Source of the DNA: an uncultured Haloferula sp.
GTDB lineage: Bacteria > Verrucomicrobiota > Verrucomicrobiia > Verrucomicrobiales > Akkermansiaceae
Length of the DNA: 64,000 nucleotides
NCBI GenBank assembly: GCA_965652295.1
Contig: CBFGTS010000005.1
Coordinates: 96,001 to 160,000, forward strand
Direction: 5' to 3'
The notes beneath the pieces were generated by a model. The model saw only the letters and a list, made by a program, of their open reading frames with translations, had not been told where the DNA came from and ran no database searches. A program made the position numbers and the translations under genes. This document shows, one piece after another, positions 57,895 to 64,000 of this stretch (the first letter of the stretch is position 1; each line of letters opens with the position of its first letter).

Positions 57895-58626
57895 ATGCAA
57901 TACCCCAGCACCTTGAGGAGCATCTGCTTCTTCACCGCAACCTTGGCCGGTGCGCCACTGGCCTTCGGTGCCATCACCTATGTCGACGCCACGCACGGCG
58001 TGAGCGCCAACACCACCGGCTCCACCACGAGCATCGGCGATCCCTTCGTGCCCCTCGCGGTGCAGGGCCCGGCGAATGACAATCAATGGGACGTCCGCGC
58101 CTTCGGCAATGGAACGACCATTTACCAGAATGCCTCCACCCCGGCGAACGTTGACAACGCCCACCGGTTGCGCACATCGGCCACCGTGCCAGCGGGCACT
58201 TACGACGTTTACGCCTTCTTCTGGAGCGACGCGAGCAGTGGCTGGCGCCTTGGCGCGTCCCTCACCGACGACCAGCCCGATCTCACGCTCTACCAGCCCG
58301 GCGATACGGATGTGACCCAGTATTACACGGTCGATACCACCACCAATCTCCCATCGCCGTTCCTGAGTTCGTCTCTTGCCGAAAATCCATTCGATTCGGC
58401 AGTCATGATCGCGGAAGGGAACCGCCGCCTGTACGGGGTGTACCTCGGAACAACCACCGGTACGAGCATCGACGTGTTCATCGATGACGATCCGGCCATG
58501 GCCGATTTCAACCAGCGCACTTGGTATGACGGCATCGGATATGCCGTGGTGCCCGAGCCCTCCTCGCTCGCCTTGGGAGGGCTGGGAATGTTCGGCCTGC
58601 TGATTCGCCGGCACCGCCGGTCCTGA
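57895..58626 (+). CDS. PEP-CTERM protein of unknown function
   Basis: Signal peptide; ITYVDAT...RTWYDGIGY domain; VPEPSSLAL-hydrophobic-RRHRR. Confidence 0.85.
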   Translation: MQYPSTLRSICFFTATLAGAPLAFGAITYVDATHGVSANTTGSTTSIGDPFVPLAVQGPANDNQWDVRAFGNGTTIYQNASTPANVDNAHRLRTSATVPAGTYDVYAFFWSDASSGWRLGASLTDDQPDLTLYQPGDTDVTQYYTVDTTTNLPSPFLSSSLAENPFDSAVMIAEGNRRLYGVYLGTTTGTSIDVFIDDDPAMADFNQRTWYDGIGYAVVPEPSSLALGGLGMFGLLIRRHRRS

Positions 58627-58832
58627 CGCGCCGACGGGATTTTTCCCAGTCTCGTCTTCAGTTGGCGGCATCCGGAATGGGTGTCGCCAAATTCGTTTGG
58701 GAATGGCTCGGAATCCCGGAAAGGAGTAGGTATAGAATTCCCGGCCGACTTCGGTGATTCCATCGACCAGCCATGGCTCCGCCATGGAACTCGGGGGAGC
58801 GCAGGGTCAGGCCCCTTTCGAAAAACGCCCTC

Positions 58833-61800
58833 TTACTCAGCCAGGGAGATTCGATAAAACGCCTTCCCGGCAGGCGCGCCGTGGTCGGTGAAAACCCCCG
58901 AGTTTTCGCCGGAGGCGATCTCCGAAAATCCATCGAGGCCCGGCGAGGAGCGTTCGATGACGACGTCGGCACCACCGGCGTCGTAGACAATGGTGAATCC
59001 GCCTGGGCCGCCGCTGATACTGAGGATCTCGACGCCTTCGGTGGCGGTGGCGGTCGCGATCACCACGTCATCCACCCAGAACTCCGAGCCCGTGTTGCGG
59101 ATTTCCAGATAGTTCGGACCGAACGTCGGCATGTCTTCCACCACGAACCCGTTGAGCAGCTCGGTGCGGCCGGTGGCGGCACCCAACGTGTTGCCGGAGG
59201 CATCCGAAACTTCCAGACTGAACATGGGCGCGCCACCGGCGGTCCATCCGCTTCCCGACACCCGAAGTCGATAGGCGATCTTCACGTCGCCGACATCGTC
59301 GAGGCTGCCATTGTCGTCGTTGTCCTCGGAGACCAGCAGGGGCGAGGTGGTCATGTCGATGAGATCCACCCATGCTCCGCCGCCGCCGGGGATTCCGTCA
59401 AACACCTGCCACTTGCTCGCTTCGTAGCGGATGTTGAGTTCCGCGTAGTTCTCACCCACGAGTTCCTCGCGGACCTTGAAGTTGAAGACTCGACCATTGG
59501 TTCCTCCAATGGCGAAGACGGCTTCCGCGGTCCACGCCGGAGAGACGGTCCAGAAGGGAGGATCAACATAGGATGTGCCCAAGATCGAGCCGCCATTGAC
59601 ATGCGCGCAGGTAGCCGACCCGGCCAGCAGACCGGGCACATCTTGAATGCTGGCACCCTCATTCCAGAATAGGAATGTGTCGGAATCGGTGACGGCGTCG
59701 GTTCCGAGAGCCTCGAAGTTGAAGTTGGGGTTGTAGGCCGCGCTGGAGGTCAAACCGGCGGTCAGGGTCAACGCAGGCATCGATGAATCATCCGAACTTC
59801 CGACAGTGAAGGACGCCCGAGCGGCGGTGTGGGGGGCGGACAGGCTGGAATCCCACTCGAGATCGAACGCCGTCGAGGCACCGGGAGCAATGGAGGCGGG
59901 AAGACTCTGCGCGACCGAGAATGATCCATCGGTGAAATCGAACGAATCGATCGAGAGATTGGAGTCGTCACCATCGTTCCGGACCGTCAGAGGGACCGAG
60001 GCAACGGGGGAGACATCTCCATCCGCGAGGATCACGCCCGGGACCCCGACCACCATCAGGGCTCCATCCGGTTGCTCACCGTAGTAGACCGCAGAGGAGT
60101 CGATCCAGAAGGGTGACACGAACCCGCCATTGGTGTTCGAGTCGCTATCATCGGCGCTCGTGAACGAATGGGCCGCGACGGTGGCGGTCTCGCCGCTCAC
60201 GCCGTGCCATGAGGTCACGGGCCCTGAGTTCATGGTTCCAGTGAGGCCGGCAGGCCCCATGGTGCTGACCGTGATATCATAACTTGCTCCGGGTGATCCG
60301 AAGCCGATCCCCCGGATGGCCACCCGATAGGCTTCCACCGAATCCCCGGCGGCAGGATCGAGGATGCCGTCGAGATCGGTGTCGGTGGAACCCGCGAGCG
60401 TTTTGGCCACCGCGAGCTGCCATTCCCCACTCGTTCCATCGAACACGTAGAAACCCGGGATGCCGCCAGCCTCCACTCCATCCGGCATGTAGGCGAGGTT
60501 GACGAGGATGTTCCCGACGTCGAGATCGGTGATCAAGGTCCCGGTTCCAACCGTGGAATCGGTGGAGTAAAGCAGGTATTGCATCCCCCGGTCGGCGAAA
60601 TCACCACTGGCACCCGCGCCGACGTAGGGAGTGAAATCGCTGACCGGCGTGAACACGAAGACCGACTCGAAATCAGGCGCGCCGTCGGGCAAGGTGCCGA
60701 CCTGGGCGGCCCTTCCGATGGTGGTGCTGCCCGGATCCCCCTGGCCGAAGATGCGGACGGCGTTGCCGGATCCCGGCGTAAGTCCGGGCGTGACACGCGC
60801 GTGTCCGCCCAACCAATCGGTCGCCGTCCCGCCCCCGGTGAGGAAGGCCGGATTGCGGTTCATCAAGTCATTGCGGGCGAGAATCACTGCCGTGGCGGCG
60901 AGTGCCTGATCCTGGGTGTCCTGGTCGGTATCGATCGTGACTGTGCCGGAAAGCGCATCCGGCCCGGTCAAAGCCGATTGTGCTTTTACCGAGACCTCGA
61001 TGGAATCGTTGACCGCGAGCGTGAATGGAGTTGTCTGCCCTCCTGTTCCGTTTTTGGCCACATCGGTGATGGTGAAACCTGCGGGTGCCGTGACGCTGTT
61101 GACCTGAACATCCTGGGTGGGACCGATGTTGATGAACCGGACGGTTCGCACCGCCGTCTCCGCGGGTGCTCCGGCGGTCAGGAACGTCGAGCCGAAATCC
61201 AAGTCGGGATCGGCGGCGGCCGTGTCCCGGACCAGAGTCGGATCCACCGGAGCGAGTCCGATTTCCTGGGGATCAAGGGTCGTCGTTACGACTTCGATCC
61301 CTTCGGTTCCGGCAATCCCGCCGATACCCAGATCGTCGAGAGTGAAGATGATTCCACCGATGGTGCGATCCAACGAAGCGCCGGGAGTCCCATCGGTCGT
61401 GCGGTTGTAGGTATCCACGCCGAGCACGGGCAAGGCTCCGAACGTGTTGAAGTTGAGAACGGATGAGACTCCTCCCAGGCGGTTGCCGGCGGAATCGATC
61501 GGAAACACCGTCGCCGAATCGCCGAACGTCGCATCGTTTTCGTTCAAGATGAGATAGATGCGCATGGCACCGAAGAGCGTCTGCCCGAACTGCACCTCGA
61601 AGGAATGATTCAGTGAGCCGCTCCCGAGGTCGAAGCTGCCGATCGCCTCTGCCAGGGAGCCCGGCGCGGAAGCGCCGAGGTGGATGTAGTCGGTCGAGCC
61701 CTTGTTATCCACGAAGGAGGTCGGCGCGATGAGCGAAGTGAAAGTTTCGGTGCCAACGTGGATGCCCGTCAGGGTTGAACCGGAGAGGTCGACGGAATCG

Positions 61801-61871
61801 ATCGGGGTTTGTGCGCTGGCAGTCGACGCCAACGCGGCCATCAGCACGGCGGTCGGAAGGGAGGTTTTCAT
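58833..61871 (-). CDS. Large secreted protein with Ig-like (ASH/choice-of-anchor-D-like) segments and C-terminal 'FYR' domain
   Basis: Signal peptide MKTSLPTAVL...ASA; VRFINIG and LTVRNDG..L.I segments; ends TDHGAPAGKAFYRISLAE. Confidence 0.8.
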   Translation of the reverse strand: MKTSLPTAVLMAALASTASAQTPIDSVDLSGSTLTGIHVGTETFTSLIAPTSFVDNKGSTDYIHLGASAPGSLAEAIGSFDLGSGSLNHSFEVQFGQTLFGAMRIYLILNENDATFGDSATVFPIDSAGNRLGGVSSVLNFNTFGALPVLGVDTYNRTTDGTPGASLDRTIGGIIFTLDDLGIGGIAGTEGIEVVTTTLDPQEIGLAPVDPTLVRDTAAADPDLDFGSTFLTAGAPAETAVRTVRFINIGPTQDVQVNSVTAPAGFTITDVAKNGTGGQTTPFTLAVNDSIEVSVKAQSALTGPDALSGTVTIDTDQDTQDQALAATAVILARNDLMNRNPAFLTGGGTATDWLGGHARVTPGLTPGSGNAVRIFGQGDPGSTTIGRAAQVGTLPDGAPDFESVFVFTPVSDFTPYVGAGASGDFADRGMQYLLYSTDSTVGTGTLITDLDVGNILVNLAYMPDGVEAGGIPGFYVFDGTSGEWQLAVAKTLAGSTDTDLDGILDPAAGDSVEAYRVAIRGIGFGSPGASYDITVSTMGPAGLTGTMNSGPVTSWHGVSGETATVAAHSFTSADDSDSNTNGGFVSPFWIDSSAVYYGEQPDGALMVVGVPGVILADGDVSPVASVPLTVRNDGDDSNLSIDSFDFTDGSFSVAQSLPASIAPGASTAFDLEWDSSLSAPHTAARASFTVGSSDDSSMPALTLTAGLTSSAAYNPNFNFEALGTDAVTDSDTFLFWNEGASIQDVPGLLAGSATCAHVNGGSILGTSYVDPPFWTVSPAWTAEAVFAIGGTNGRVFNFKVREELVGENYAELNIRYEASKWQVFDGIPGGGGAWVDLIDMTTSPLLVSEDNDDNGSLDDVGDVKIAYRLRVSGSGWTAGGAPMFSLEVSDASGNTLGAATGRTELLNGFVVEDMPTFGPNYLEIRNTGSEFWVDDVVIATATATEGVEILSISGGPGGFTIVYDAGGADVVIERSSPGLDGFSEIASGENSGVFTDHGAPAGKAFYRISLAE

Positions 61872-61926
61872 GGGTTGGGAAACGGGATGGAAGCCTCCCG
61901 CGGGCTTGGGTTTGGGCAGGACGACT

Positions 61927-63999
61927 TCAGGGCAGGGGCAGGCCGCCGCTGAGCTTCCATTTCAAAATGGGAATCATGTAGGCACCGAGCCCATCCGCGG
62001 AGGGGTGGACCCCATCAGGCACGGCGGCTTCAAAGACGGACGGCTGATCCTGTTGGAGCGCGGACCAGGTCGAATGATGGTCGATGAGGCGCAATCCCCG
62101 ATCGACCGCCACCTCGCGATACATCTGATAGAAGTCGTCGAGATCCGGTCGCAGGGTTGCCGAGGCATTGCTGCCGGAAGGCGAGTTCCAGACCGGGTTC
62201 ATCGTTTGCAGGACGATCTCGCACCGGGGGTTCTGGTTTAAAACCGCTTCAATGATCGCCTCAAGATTCACGCGGGCTCCGGCCACGTCCAACGACGGGG
62301 TGCCATCGCTGTAGCGGAAGGCGTCGTTCATCGCGAATTCGATAAAGACCACATCGGGCTGGTGATCGAGGACCCTGGCTTGGAGCTGGGCGAGCCCCTC
62401 GGCAGAGTTCTTGCCGCTCAGACCGCTATTAATGAGGGTCACTTGGCCTGGGTAAGTCTCGTTCAGCCAATCACGCAGCGCTCTGACCCAGGCTCCGCCA
62501 GCGGTCAGGCTGGTGCCGTAAACCACGACTTTGAGGGGATCTCCGACATCCAGCTTGGCGAGGAATTCAGCCGGCTCTCCCGTCAGCAGGGCACGGAAAA
62601 ACCGGCGGTCCCCCGAGCGCGCCATCATCCGGTCAAAGCTCTCGATCGGGCCTGCGCCGTCGCTCAGCATGAAGTGCAGGGAGAGCCCTCCGGCGGACGT
62701 CTCGATCCACGGAGGAGTCAGCGTCACATCCTGTATTTCAGAAGCGCTATAAAGATCGAAGTATCCGGGATGCTGCCGGACTCCTTCAATTAGGGAGACA
62801 TCGGAAAGGTCCGGATCGAGACCGAGAATCATCTCTCGGATGTCGCTCATGCCGTCGCCATCGGAATCGTCATTCTCACCGACCGGCGTATATCCCGCGG
62901 CATCCGCGACCACATAGCCATTGGCTCCGGTGTTGCTCACCCGCACGCCTTCACCCGGATCCCCGGAAAATGGGACGATGCCAATCAACCTCCACTTGCC
63001 GCCATCAACCCGCTGGCTGACCGAGCGGGTGGTGGTTTCCCCGCCATGCACGATCTCCACCCTCACGTTCGAGGCGCGGTTCTCGTGCGAGGTCCAGCGC
63101 AGATACACGCGGTGGAAGCCTGCGGCGGAGGTCGGCAAGGGGAAGAGCACGCTTTTGGTGCCGGAGCCCTCGTTGTTGTCGTGGAGATAACCCGTTCCCA
63201 CATAGCCCGGGGAGCTGTCGTTTTCCAGCCAGTCGCCGGAGACCGAGACTTCGGGATCCGAGTCATCGACGATTTCCGCCGGAGGCTGGACGGCCGGATC
63301 TCCGAGCGCCTGCCCGGCAGAGAGGAGCGCCGGGCGCAGTTTCGAGTAAGGGACATCCTGCACGGGGACGCCGTCATCGAGCGCGAGGTCCGCAGCGATC
63401 GCCGCCGACTGGGCGAGGGCCATGAAGACCGGCTCCATGCGGATGGAACCGAAGGCGATGTGGGAGGCGGACAGGCTCCACGGCACCAGAAGGTTCGTGC
63501 ATTCCTCGCGCTTCGGAACGATGGCACGGTAGGCGATCGCATAGGGGGCACTCAGCGGAGCTTGAATATCTCCTTCGTTGCGAACCTGGCCTCCGACGAT
63601 CTGGCGGCGGACGTTGTGGGAATCCATGGCATAGGCACCGAGGGCGATGGCATCGGACGCGACCTTGGTTCCGAGGCAGAATTCCTCGGTCATCACGAAA
63701 TCCGAAACCATCCGCCGGGCTTCACGCACGTAGATCTGCCACGGCCAGTTGTTGTTATCCGTGAATTCATCCGCCGGCAGTCCCCACGCACTGTAGCTGT
63801 TGCGTATGGAAGCCGGCACCCGCGCGTGGTTTTGCAGGGTCCAGATCAGGCCGCGCTGCCAGTTCTCGTGCTCTTTCGCCAGAGCGTCCCGCTCGTCGTG
63901 GTCGAGGGTCGCCCAGTTCCAGCCCGGCCCGTAGTTCTTGCCAATGAAGTCGGTGGAGATTCCTCCCGAGTTGTTCGAGTCGGTCTTGCGGTTCGGCAT
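61927..63999 (-). CDS. 5'-truncated FAD-dependent oxidoreductase (PF12831-like) + golvesin/xanthan-lyase C-terminal-like domain + internal 'FFR' domain + SGNH hydrolase
   Basis: MPN.KTD.NN, YVREARRM, MDSH, SASHIAFGSIRMEPVFM; IVDD...G.W...NRA...DGGKW...VVADA; DSDGDG; RRFFR; YGTSLT, IEFAMND, DGVHP. The frame runs off the window end. Confidence 0.85.
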   Translation of the reverse strand: MPNRKTDSNNSGGISTDFIGKNYGPGWNWATLDHDERDALAKEHENWQRGLIWTLQNHARVPASIRNSYSAWGLPADEFTDNNNWPWQIYVREARRMVSDFVMTEEFCLGTKVASDAIALGAYAMDSHNVRRQIVGGQVRNEGDIQAPLSAPYAIAYRAIVPKREECTNLLVPWSLSASHIAFGSIRMEPVFMALAQSAAIAADLALDDGVPVQDVPYSKLRPALLSAGQALGDPAVQPPAEIVDDSDPEVSVSGDWLENDSSPGYVGTGYLHDNNEGSGTKSVLFPLPTSAAGFHRVYLRWTSHENRASNVRVEIVHGGETTTRSVSQRVDGGKWRLIGIVPFSGDPGEGVRVSNTGANGYVVADAAGYTPVGENDDSDGDGMSDIREMILGLDPDLSDVSLIEGVRQHPGYFDLYSASEIQDVTLTPPWIETSAGGLSLHFMLSDGAGPIESFDRMMARSGDRRFFRALLTGEPAEFLAKLDVGDPLKVVVYGTSLTAGGAWVRALRDWLNETYPGQVTLINSGLSGKNSAEGLAQLQARVLDHQPDVVFIEFAMNDAFRYSDGTPSLDVAGARVNLEAIIEAVLNQNPRCEIVLQTMNPVWNSPSGSNASATLRPDLDDFYQMYREVAVDRGLRLIDHHSTWSALQQDQPSVFEAAVPDGVHPSADGLGAYMIPILKWKLSGGLPLP

Positions 64000-64000
64000 C

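Noticed and set aside
1..64000. Site-specific recombinase, transposase, reverse transcriptase, exosortase or structural RNA genes
   Set aside because: No ORF with such motifs and no rRNA/tRNA-like sequence was recognised; any such factors would lie outside the window.

Overview
GC-rich bacterial window whose gene content (three PEP-CTERM proteins, giant secreted LamG/FN3/Ca-binding DxDxDG proteins, a TIGR02999-type ECF sigma remnant, A/C-rich non-Shine-Dalgarno leaders) points to Verrucomicrobiota, probably Verrucomicrobiaceae (Haloferula/Luteolibacter-like); the taxonomy is inference. The left ~25 kb is mostly housekeeping and transport (ClC, SLC13, hexose-6-P epimerase, VWA-repeat protein, AAA-DUF4143 ATPase, SNF2 helicase, MATE, AEC, BNR-4 protein, putA, uxaC). 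The right ~38 kb is a polysaccharide/uronate-degradation neighbourhood: three giant modular alginate-lyase-fold (PF05426-like) proteins, SGNH esterases, a LacI regulator and several large secreted proteins, interrupted by a core block (nadD, TPR protein, dCMP deaminase, ECF sigma/anti-sigma, rex). Most notable: (i) two convergent lyase paralogues share inverted near-identical 5' regions (perfect 125- and 206-bp tracts) that flank ~25 kb, a geometry that could invert and swap enzyme bodies; (ii) a recurring C-terminal ~70-130 aa domain ending in F[FYL][RT] on five secreted proteins, a candidate sorting signal, internalised in one fusion; (iii) heptamer-repeat arrays inside the SNF2 gene; (iv) twin palindromic operators before the AAA-DUF4143 gene. 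No rRNA, tRNA, CRISPR array, integrase or transposase was recognised. All domain names come from motif recognition by eye, not from database searches.
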